DNA from: Candidatus Latescibacterota bacterium
Lineage (GTDB): Bacteria; Latescibacterota; UBA2968; UBA8231
Length of the DNA: 64,000 bases
NCBI GenBank assembly: GCA_965203175.1
Contig: OZ241867.1
Span: forward strand, 5,120,001-5,184,000
Reading direction: 5' to 3'
A program made the position numbers and the translations under genes. The notes below the pieces were generated by a model that did no database searches, had not been told where the DNA came from, and saw only the letters and a list, made by a program, of their open reading frames with translations. Of the stretch, positions 1-7,687 are shown one piece after another; the stretch's first letter is position 1, and every line of letters starts with the position of its first letter.

Positions 1-1843
1 CCCGAATGGCCTGGACATTATTTTGGCCCGCCTTTTGCAACTGGTCAAGGCTGCCGCGCACCAACGCTTGATTTTCCATATCCGCCAAGTCGAGCGTGGC
101 CATCTGTTCGGCTACCCAATAGACGCCGCGCGCCAATTCCACGTAGGACCGCACCACCCGCGTCTCATGGGCCAAATCCGCTTCTCCAAGGCCCTCAACA
201 ATTTCCAAAGCCCGGTCGCAGATCTCGACTTTGGCGTCGAAGTCCTCCGCCCTGAGATAATAGCGGAACATCCCCTCGCCCAAATAGGGCCGCTGCCGCT
301 GCCGCACCATCTCCGCAGCCTTGCCCCAAGAATAGCATATCGGGAAATCGGAATCGTACACGTCGAATTCCACCGGCCCCATCAAAGTAGCCCACTCGGC
401 CACGGCTTCTGGATGGGCATAGCCTTCCCGTCGCGCCCATGCCAAGGCGAATTCCGCCTCGTCGCGGCCTTGCATATTCCAAGCCCATTCGGCCAAAGCA
501 TGAATATTGAAGCTGCAAATCTGACGCTCTGGACCGCCCCAAGCCATCATGGCGTACGCTCCGCTATAGCCCCGCCGCACCAGTTGGCCGACGTAGTCTC
601 GCATGCGGTGGGCCGAGCGCTGCGGCACCTTGAACTCGGGCGTATCTACCTTACCGTTGGCCGCAATGGGCACATCGTAACTGGCTATCCAGCGCCCCTC
701 GGCGGCATAGTGATCCAGCAGCGGATTGGCCATCAAATCGCGCGGCCGGTGCAGCACCCTCTCCAGTTCCGTAGCGCAGGCCCGTTCGATCTTCACCTCT
801 GGAGGCAACTCGTCCAGCACCCGATAGTTGCGCACAGTAGTGGTGGTCGATAAAAAGATGCGAATCTGCAAATTGGGATAGCGCTCTTGGGCCTGCCGCC
901 ACGCCGCCACAAAAGCCCGCGATTCCAGCACAAACTGCCCCACCGCCGTGCATTCATAACAACCGCACTGCCCCGGCCGTTCACTCAACCAGCAGCTTAT
1001 TTCCTCGGCCCCCTGCTCGGCGATATCCTCCATCCACTCTTGTATGATTTGCACCAACAGCGGCTGCGAAGCGCAGGGAGCCCGGTGCTGATTGCCCGTC
1101 TTGTGAGCAAAATAGCGCCCGGTCAGAGCACCGTCTCCCTTGCCAGCTAGTTCGGGATAGGCCCTGAAAAGGCCGCAGTCGTGCAGGAAGTTGAGGTGCA
1201 GAATGTAGGGCAGATAATTAAAAGCCCGCTGCCGCGCCGCTTCGAACTGCTCCCGATCAATAGTGGCCCGATTGCGCTGGCCGCGTTCAATGGGATGCAA
1301 TTGCGTCGAGGCCATTTTGCCGTAGTTCATTTTGAGCGTGGCCAGCCACGGGATCCAAGTCGCAGGTTCGGGAAAATTCCACAGACCCCGCTCGTCCATA
1401 TCCGGCCAGTCGAGCACCTCGGCCAAGGGGATGTGCACCTGCTCCGGACTCATTTCGGGTTCGAGCAATTGGATCAGGGTCTGGCAGGCGTAGTACACGC
1501 CGCGCTCGTCTAAACCCGTCAGCACTAAGTAGTCTCGCCCCCTTGGCTCAATGAGGTACGCCTGGGCCTTATTCTTCAAACTCTGAAGCCGTTCAATGGC
1601 CGCACTGTTTGCCGAGGCCACGCCAATGTCGATGGTAAAGGCCCCACCATCTGGCTTTGCTTTTCCCTTTTCAATGAACAGTGCTTCCAGTTCGGCGACA
1701 CCCTGCTGCTCGATTGGCCCCGCTTGGTCTCGCAGCACAATGCCCACTTCGCCCGGCTTACAGCGAACACTGTCAGCAATCCGAATCTCGTGCGGCAGAG
1801 GCAGCAGATAGGACGTCCATTGCGTCGGATTAATTGTAGTCAT
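1..1843 (-). CDS. Glycoside hydrolase family 20-like protein (N-terminal GH20 domain 2 plus TIM-barrel); partial, runs off the window edge
   Basis: Absent from the ORF track because it has no stop in the window. Manual translation from ATG 1843 (AGGGGG RBS) is open to position 1: MTTINPTQWTSYLLPLPHEI...QAYLIEP...LVLTGLDERGVYYACQTLIQL...EVLDWPDMDERGLW. The LLPxP, GxxYxxQTLxQL and DWP-x4-RG motifs are typical of GH20 domain 2. Confidence 0.7.
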   Translation of the reverse strand, partial: MTTINPTQWTSYLLPLPHEIRIADSVRCKPGEVGIVLRDQAGPIEQQGVAELEALFIEKGKAKPDGGAFTIDIGVASANSAAIERLQSLKNKAQAYLIEPRGRDYLVLTGLDERGVYYACQTLIQLLEPEMSPEQVHIPLAEVLDWPDMDERGLWNFPEPATWIPWLATLKMNYGKMASTQLHPIERGQRNRATIDREQFEAARQRAFNYLPYILHLNFLHDCGLFRAYPELAGKGDGALTGRYFAHKTGNQHRAPCASQPLLVQIIQEWMEDIAEQGAEEISCWLSERPGQCGCYECTAVGQFVLESRAFVAAWRQAQERYPNLQIRIFLSTTTTVRNYRVLDELPPEVKIERACATELERVLHRPRDLMANPLLDHYAAEGRWIASYDVPIAANGKVDTPEFKVPQRSAHRMRDYVGQLVRRGYSGAYAMMAWGGPERQICSFNIHALAEWAWNMQGRDEAEFALAWARREGYAHPEAVAEWATLMGPVEFDVYDSDFPICYSWGKAAEMVRQRQRPYLGEGMFRYYLRAEDFDAKVEICDRALEIVEGLGEADLAHETRVVRSYVELARGVYWVAEQMATLDLADMENQALVRGSLDQLQKAGQNNVQAIR

Positions 1844-1854
1844 GCGATATCCCC

Positions 1855-2682
1855 CTATTGGCGTGGCCTTTTCGGCGGCGTAGCCGACACGCCTTCCATG
1901 CCACCGCTGACGCGGAGTACTTCGCCGGTGATCCACGCGGCCGCCGGGCTGCACAAGAAGGCCACGCCTTGGGCAATATCCTCTGGCTCGCCCCAGCGTC
2001 CTAGGGGAATGGCCGTGCGAATGCGCTCGATCATCTCTTCTTCGGATATCCCTAACGTGACGCGGCGCTGGGCCATATTGCGCTGGTTGAATTCCGTGTA
2101 CACCGGCCCCGGACACACGGCATTGACCCGCACACCGTACGCGGCCAACTCCAGCGCAAAGGTCCGTGTGAGGCTGATGATACCGGCCTTGGCGACGTTG
2201 TACGCAGCCACCAGCGCAGCCGGATTCTGGCCGTTGATCGAGGAAATATTGACGATGCTGCCGGCCTCCTGTTCTTCCATGATGCGCCCAACAGCGCGGC
2301 AGCAGTAAAAGGCTCCAGTCAGAGTCACATCCATCACCCGGTGCCATTCGGCGTCCTCCAACTCGACTATCGGGGCGACCTGCTGCCCGGTGCCAGCATT
2401 GTTGATCAGGATGTCCACTCGCTTCTCTTCGGCGACCAGCTCGGCGAAAAAGGAAGTCACCGCAGCGCTGTCAGTTATATCGAGCGCCACAGCTCGCACG
2501 TTTAGGTCTTCTTCTTGGAGCTTCGCAGCCTCCTCGCGCGCCTTATCCTCCTGCCGATCGGCGATGACCACACTGGCTCCGTCGCTGGCTAACTGCCGGG
2601 TGATTCCCAGCCCTAAGCCTTGGGCTCCGCCTGTGACGACGGCGATTTGTCCGTCCAGTGGACGGTTTTCAAGCTGATTCAT
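1855..2682 (-). CDS. Short-chain dehydrogenase/reductase (FabG-like SDR)
   Basis: TGGAQGLG, NNAG, YNVAK (YxxxK) and VNAVCPG motifs. Confidence 0.93.
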   Translation of the reverse strand: MNQLENRPLDGQIAVVTGGAQGLGLGITRQLASDGASVVIADRQEDKAREEAAKLQEEDLNVRAVALDITDSAAVTSFFAELVAEEKRVDILINNAGTGQQVAPIVELEDAEWHRVMDVTLTGAFYCCRAVGRIMEEQEAGSIVNISSINGQNPAALVAAYNVAKAGIISLTRTFALELAAYGVRVNAVCPGPVYTEFNQRNMAQRRVTLGISEEEMIERIRTAIPLGRWGEPEDIAQGVAFLCSPAAAWITGEVLRVSGGMEGVSATPPKRPRQ

Positions 2683-2716
2683 TAGATAACCTCATGTCGG
2701 TTTGAGATGACTGTAG

Positions 2717-3805
2717 CTATAGCCCATAATTCTTCACCGTCGCACCGCATATCTGCATGATAGCGTCGCGCTCGGCAGTGCTAAACGCCTCTTCGTATTG
2801 GGGTTGATACGCAACCTGCTCGCCCCAACCCTTTACCCACGCTTCGTCAGCGTCCAAGTTGCAAAACGCCAGAATGTCCGCAATTTTTTGCTCGGCTTCC
2901 GCGCACAACTGCTCAAACGGCACCACCAAACAGCGAGTCTTAAGCGCTTCGTGCTGCAGCACCTCCTCGTAGGTCCAAGCGTATATCGCATTCCAGTATT
3001 CAGCCCACCCCTCGGCATCGCGCCCTTCGCCCCACAGCGTTTGGATGTGCCGCGTTTTCTCCGCGTCGATGGTAATGGGAATGCGCTCGTGGCCAAACTC
3101 GAAGTGGCCGGCGTTGCGCAGGTACTGGCGATGATCTGGGGATGAGAAATGGGCCAAGTTGCGCTGGTGCTGGCGCGCCATGGATGCGATGTGCGCGACC
3201 GGATGGCGCACAGCAATGACAAAGTGCGCGTCCTCGTATAGCTTGGCCAGATACGCGATCCGCGTGATATTGTAGTTGTTTTTGGAGACGATGCGCTCGG
3301 CGTCTCGGCACAGCAACAGCTTCGCCAAGGTCGCTGCGTAAACCGCCTCAAATTCCGGATGGCTGGTTTGCCGTTCGACTGCGTTGTTCTCGGCAGGATT
3401 GTGCAGATAAGCGAAAAACTGCATCCACAGGATTTCTTCCATGGCTTCTGGACTGTATGCGTTGACCATCACGCCGTCGGCATGTGCCCGCTCTTGTTTG
3501 CGCGCCGCGCCCAATCCGACGGCGCGGAAGATGTGGTCGGCCCAAAACGGCGTGAATGCGCCGTAGTAATCGCAGTATTTGAACGAGGTAAGGCGCGGAT
3601 GAGACGCCAATATATTCAGCAGCAGAGTCGTGCCAGCGCGCGCCAATCCCGTGATGTAAATGGGCGCTTCTACCGTCCGCCGCGCCAACCGGCCCTTGAG
3701 CAACTTCGTCTCCAGCTTGCCCACGTCAATCCAAAAGTTCGGATGCGCATGCACCAGCCAGCCGAAAAAACGCATCAGCCGCGTTTGATTAAAGTCCGTT
3801 TTCAT
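2717..3805 (-). CDS. PAPS-dependent sulfotransferase family protein
   Basis: 5'-PSB loop PIYITGLARAGTT and 3'-PB motif VRHPVAHIAS. Confidence 0.88.
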   Translation of the reverse strand: MKTDFNQTRLMRFFGWLVHAHPNFWIDVGKLETKLLKGRLARRTVEAPIYITGLARAGTTLLLNILASHPRLTSFKYCDYYGAFTPFWADHIFRAVGLGAARKQERAHADGVMVNAYSPEAMEEILWMQFFAYLHNPAENNAVERQTSHPEFEAVYAATLAKLLLCRDAERIVSKNNYNITRIAYLAKLYEDAHFVIAVRHPVAHIASMARQHQRNLAHFSSPDHRQYLRNAGHFEFGHERIPITIDAEKTRHIQTLWGEGRDAEGWAEYWNAIYAWTYEEVLQHEALKTRCLVVPFEQLCAEAEQKIADILAFCNLDADEAWVKGWGEQVAYQPQYEEAFSTAERDAIMQICGATVKNYGL

Positions 3806-3837
3806 AGCTTATTCGCTCTTAAGTAAGGACGCTAAAT

Positions 3838-4773
3838 ATGAACATAAACGCACTTAGGCAAGCCCAGGCCCGCATCGCCGAGGCGATTAAGGCCCTTAAG
3901 AAGACGCGAAATGAGCATGAGGAGTACTTGAAGCCGATTGAGACGCGCACGCGCCAATTGCTGATTGACCCGATGCTTGAGGCATTGGGTTGGGACGTTC
4001 GGAATCCCACTCAAGTTCACCTTGAATACAAAGGCACCTCGGGCAAACCCGATTACGCGCTATTCTCGCATGGCAACGTGGTCGCACTCATTGAAGCAAA
4101 GAAATTGGAGATACCGCTAGCCCGTATCAAAGTGGAGCAGGTGATAAAGTACGCGCGAGACAGGGCACTCACCAGTTTGAAATATGTCGTGTGGACTAAC
4201 GGCGATCATTGGCAGATCTGGTCAATAGAGGAGGATCGAGAAGAGTCGTTTCAGCTTTCTAGCACGCAAGAGTACGAATGCGCGGCAAAGGTAATACAGC
4301 TATTGCGTAGCGCGTTGGAAGTTCAGGAGGTGTCGCCGACGCCTAAGCCCAGTCGTGTACATGAGACCATTGATCCGTCCAATAACGGCGACTGGGAACC
4401 ACTTACGTCATTAAAAGTAAAAAGAGGTCAGAAACTTCCGACAAATACCAATATCAAGTTTCCGGACTCGAGTACAAAACCGCTCAAGCATTGGACCGAT
4501 ATGCTCGCCTTCGTTGCGGAGTACTTGGTTAAAACGGGCAAGATTTCAGCACAGAATTGTCCAGTAATTAAGGGAAATTCAAAACAATATCTTCTACATA
4601 CTGAACCGATTCACCGGAACCTCAAGGAGTTTATGGCCAAGCGAGAAATCGGGAACGGGTTATGGGTGCTTACCTATTTTAGCGCAGATAAAATGCACGA
4701 AAACGCCTGCTGGCTACTCAATAAATTCGGCGTCAACCCCTCCACCGTCCTCGTCAGCACCAACCGGAGCTAA
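3838..4773 (+). CDS. HsdR_N-like PD-(D/E)xK restriction endonuclease domain protein with an extra C-terminal domain and no helicase
   Basis: IDPMLEALGWD...GKPDYAL...LIEAKK...QVIKY...WTNGDHW; visibly more AT-rich than its neighbours. Confidence 0.8.
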   Translation: MNINALRQAQARIAEAIKALKKTRNEHEEYLKPIETRTRQLLIDPMLEALGWDVRNPTQVHLEYKGTSGKPDYALFSHGNVVALIEAKKLEIPLARIKVEQVIKYARDRALTSLKYVVWTNGDHWQIWSIEEDREESFQLSSTQEYECAAKVIQLLRSALEVQEVSPTPKPSRVHETIDPSNNGDWEPLTSLKVKRGQKLPTNTNIKFPDSSTKPLKHWTDMLAFVAEYLVKTGKISAQNCPVIKGNSKQYLLHTEPIHRNLKEFMAKREIGNGLWVLTYFSADKMHENACWLLNKFGVNPSTVLVSTNRS

Positions 4774-4777
4774 GCCC

Positions 4778-4827
4778 TCCCTCCTCCACAAAGCCTACAT
4801 CGCCACCCTCATCTGCTGCCTCCTATT
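4778..4827 (+). repeat. 50-bp perfect direct repeat of 5405-5454 (start-less 5' fragment of the arylsulfotransferase gene)
   Basis: TCCCTCCTCCACAAAGCCTACATCGCCACCCTCATCTGCTGCCTCCTATT occurs at both positions. Confidence 0.95.
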
Positions 4828-5009
4828 GCCGTTGCCCTGCCGCGAGCGAAGGGGTGTGTTGCCGCGAAGAAACAACGTCGTTGACGCAAGGTAACAGCCC
4901 GGCGCATATCGCCCCTATCGAGGCCAGAGAAAACGGGCGGCTGCCCGGCATGGTCCACCTTTTGCTTGAAAGGGACGAATGCGTACCTTTATCCACGGAG
5001 GAATTTCTC

Positions 5010-5360
5010 ATGGCCGAACAGCCGTCCCAGCCTGTCCCACCAACGGAATCCACGCTCGCCCTCAGCTTCCTGCGAGAGGATATTCAGGATGTGCGCCAAG
5101 ATGTGCGTCAGATCAACGGGCGCATTGATGCCCTGCGCACCGAGATGAACGGGCGCATTGATGCCCTGCGTACCGAGATGAGCGAGCGCATTGATGCCCT
5201 GCGCACCGAGATGAGCGAGCGCATTGATCAGACCAACGGGCGCATTGACGAGTTAGGCAAACAACTCGATTCGCGCTACGCGCGGCTGATGGCCACGCTC
5301 ATCACCTGCACCGGCATCCTCGTCGCCTCCTTGGGGACGGCCGTGGCGGTGCTCAAGTAA
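5010..5360 (+). CDS. Small coiled-coil protein with C-terminal membrane anchor (DUF1640/CCDC90-like architecture)
   Basis: GGAGG RBS before ATG 5010; repeated (NG/SE)RIDALRTEM units followed by the hydrophobic tail LMATLITCTGILVASLGTAVAVLK. Confidence 0.75.
   Translation: MAEQPSQPVPPTESTLALSFLREDIQDVRQDVRQINGRIDALRTEMNGRIDALRTEMSERIDALRTEMSERIDQTNGRIDELGKQLDSRYARLMATLITCTGILVASLGTAVAVLK
5115..5250 (+). repeat. Intragenic 33-bp tandem repeat (three full units plus partials; 11-residue periodicity)
   Basis: AACGGGCGCATTGATGCCCTGCGCACCGAGATG and variants at 5115, 5148 and 5181. Confidence 0.9.
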
Positions 5361-5398
5361 AGCCTCCTGTTCAGCCAAGCGAATACTCTAGCTACTCG

Positions 5399-6724
5399 AT
5401 GTCGTCCCTCCTCCACAAAGCCTACATCGCCACCCTCATCTGCTGCCTCCTATTCCTCGCCTTCATCTACGGCGTGGTGTCGGCAATATTCCACCTCTCC
5501 CCCGCTCCCGACATCCGCATCCACGCCGTCAACGCCTACGGCCACCTCGCCTATCTCTACGAAGACCTCACCGACACCAAAAACCAATACACCAGCACCA
5601 TGTGGTTTGAAGACGCCAGCGAGCCATCCGGAGCCATCATCCACAACGCCACCGCCATGCAGCCCGGCCTGACCCTCGTATCCAAAAACGCCACCGCCGC
5701 CGTGCTCATGGATTCGCTAGGCAACATCGTCCACCAGTGGCAATGCGACTTTGCCGCCGCCTTTGACGAAGACGACTTCGCCGCCTTCCCGCAGCAACCC
5801 GACATGCTGCACTGGCACCGCACCCACCTGTACCCCAACGGCGATCTCCTCGCCAACCACGACTACGTCAACCACTACCCCTACGGCTACGGCCTCGTCA
5901 AACTCGACAAAAACTCACAGGTAATCTGGAAATACACCGGCACCGCCCACCACGACTTCGACTTCGACGACCAAGGCAACATCTACACCCTCGTCCAAGA
6001 AATCGGCACCACACCCATCGGCAACATCCAACCTCCGTACATCGAGGATTTTGCCGTGGTCATCGACGGAGTAACCGGCCAAGAGAAGCGGCGCTTTTCC
6101 ATCTTTCGCGCCCTGAAAAACTCGCCGTATCGCAGCGTGTTCGACCGCTGGCAGACCACCCGCCACAGCGAAGTCACCCACACCAACGCCATTCGCCTAA
6201 TCCCGCCGGATTGGGCCACAGCCGCTCACATCCCGCGCGCCAAAGCCGGCGACCTACTCATCTCCCTGCGCAACCCCAACGCCCTCATCATCGTCGATCC
6301 CATCGAGCAACAAGTGATCTGGTATGGAGAGGGAATCTGGAAACAGCAGCACGACCCAGACTTCCTGCCCAACGGCCACCTGCTGCTCTTCGACAACCAG
6401 GGCCTGCGCGGCCACCCCTTCGGCCAAAGCCGCATACTGGAGATAGATCTATTTACACACGAAATTTACTGGGAGTACAAGGGCACCAGCGCCGATCAGA
6501 TTTTCGACAGTTGGATCCGCGGTGCCCAACAGCGGCTGCCCAACGGCAACACCCTCATCACGGAATCGCAACGCGGCCGCCTGCTCGAAGTCACGCCAGT
6601 CGGCGAAATCGCGTGGGAATACTACAATCCAGACCGCGCCGAATACCAAGGCAAACCCCTGCGTGGCATGATGACCCAAGCCCAGAGGATACCCCAAGAT
6701 GCCCTGTCATTTCTCGAAAATTAG
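5399..6724 (+). CDS. Arylsulfotransferase (ASST) family beta-propeller, N-terminally membrane anchored
   Basis: AHHDF, HTNAI, LISLR, QHDP, LFDN and QRLPNGNTLITES motifs; N-terminal TM helix. Confidence 0.88.
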   Translation: MSSLLHKAYIATLICCLLFLAFIYGVVSAIFHLSPAPDIRIHAVNAYGHLAYLYEDLTDTKNQYTSTMWFEDASEPSGAIIHNATAMQPGLTLVSKNATAAVLMDSLGNIVHQWQCDFAAAFDEDDFAAFPQQPDMLHWHRTHLYPNGDLLANHDYVNHYPYGYGLVKLDKNSQVIWKYTGTAHHDFDFDDQGNIYTLVQEIGTTPIGNIQPPYIEDFAVVIDGVTGQEKRRFSIFRALKNSPYRSVFDRWQTTRHSEVTHTNAIRLIPPDWATAAHIPRAKAGDLLISLRNPNALIIVDPIEQQVIWYGEGIWKQQHDPDFLPNGHLLLFDNQGLRGHPFGQSRILEIDLFTHEIYWEYKGTSADQIFDSWIRGAQQRLPNGNTLITESQRGRLLEVTPVGEIAWEYYNPDRAEYQGKPLRGMMTQAQRIPQDALSFLEN

Positions 6725-6926
6725 CCTCGTTTGCGCGCTTTTACTCCTGTGCAGCAGCGCCGCCCACGCCTACATCGGCCCCATTATCATCATCGGCGCA
6801 ATCGGCAGCATGTTCGGCTGGGTCGCCGCCGTGGTCCTCGCCGTCACGCTCGTGGCCTCGTACCCCTTTTACGTGCTGTACCGCCGCAAAAACAAACGCA
6901 AACAAAGCAAGGAAGAGCTGCCCTAG
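6699..6926 (+). CDS. Small membrane protein with signal peptide and AHA-YIGP motif
   Basis: 75 aa; signal peptide ending AHA, then YIGP, one TM helix and a basic tail; overlaps the ASST stop. Confidence 0.7.
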   Translation: MPCHFSKISLVCALLLLCSSAAHAYIGPIIIIGAIGSMFGWVAAVVLAVTLVASYPFYVLYRRKNKRKQSKEELP

Positions 6927-7648
6927 CGCCCGTGCTCCCGCAGCAATTTCATCCCGTGCGCCAACGCCCCAGGCGTATCCACATCCTGCCACCAAGCCGC
7001 ACCAATATCCAAAGCGCGCAACCGGCCCTGCTCGATCAGTGCTCTCATCCCCTCAGTCAAACTGCAATCGCCCCGGCGCGCTTCCACCTCGCTAAGGTGC
7101 GCCACCAACGCATCGCTGCAAGCAAACAGGCCAGTATCGACGGCGTTGAAATCCGTCAGCTCCTTGCCAATCGCCGCAATGCGCTCGCCTTCTAACCGCA
7201 CCTTCGTCGCATCGTCCATGTCGTAGATCGCGTCCAGTTTGCTATCCACCGCTAACACCACCTCCCCAGGGCTTAGGCTAACGCCGCACATCGCGGCAAT
7301 CATCGCCGGGTCGAAGAGATGATCGGCCATCAGTAGGAGGAATTTCTCCGAGAGCATTCCGGTCGCTGCCAACACCGAGATCCCATTGGATAACTTCCAT
7401 TGCGCATTCTCGACAAACCGCAGCCCGATCCCCAGACCACTCGCCCCGTTCAGAGCCGCAGACACATCCGCGCCGCAATGCCCTGTAACCACGACGATCT
7501 CCTGCAGGCCACTTTGCTCCAGCATCCGACAGGTGCGCACCAACAGCGGCTCGCCTTCTATTTGCACTAGTGACTTGTGCGTTACCGGGACATGGCCGCG
7601 CAAACGCGAGCCATGCCCAGCGGCCAAAATAAGCGCTTGGTCAATCAC
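6923..7648 (-). CDS. NTP transferase (phosphocholine / inositol-1-phosphate cytidylyltransferase-like)
   Basis: ILAAGHGSRL, K, MADH, VDTGLF and WQDVDTP motifs; GTG start with AGGAGA RBS. Confidence 0.82.
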   Translation of the reverse strand: MIDQALILAAGHGSRLRGHVPVTHKSLVQIEGEPLLVRTCRMLEQSGLQEIVVVTGHCGADVSAALNGASGLGIGLRFVENAQWKLSNGISVLAATGMLSEKFLLLMADHLFDPAMIAAMCGVSLSPGEVVLAVDSKLDAIYDMDDATKVRLEGERIAAIGKELTDFNAVDTGLFACSDALVAHLSEVEARRGDCSLTEGMRALIEQGRLRALDIGAAWWQDVDTPGALAHGMKLLREHGR

Positions 7649-7687
7649 AGTATCTCTCCTCAAGGGCGCACAAGACACGCCCCGCAA

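Noticed and set aside
23-1513. Plus-strand ORFs 23-853, 887-1150 and 1181-1513
   Set aside because: Antisense shadows of the long minus-strand GH20-like CDS (1-1843), which the ORF track missed
5115-5250. 33-bp repeats as a CRISPR array
   Set aside because: No spacers; the repeats are contiguous, in frame and encode a coiled coil
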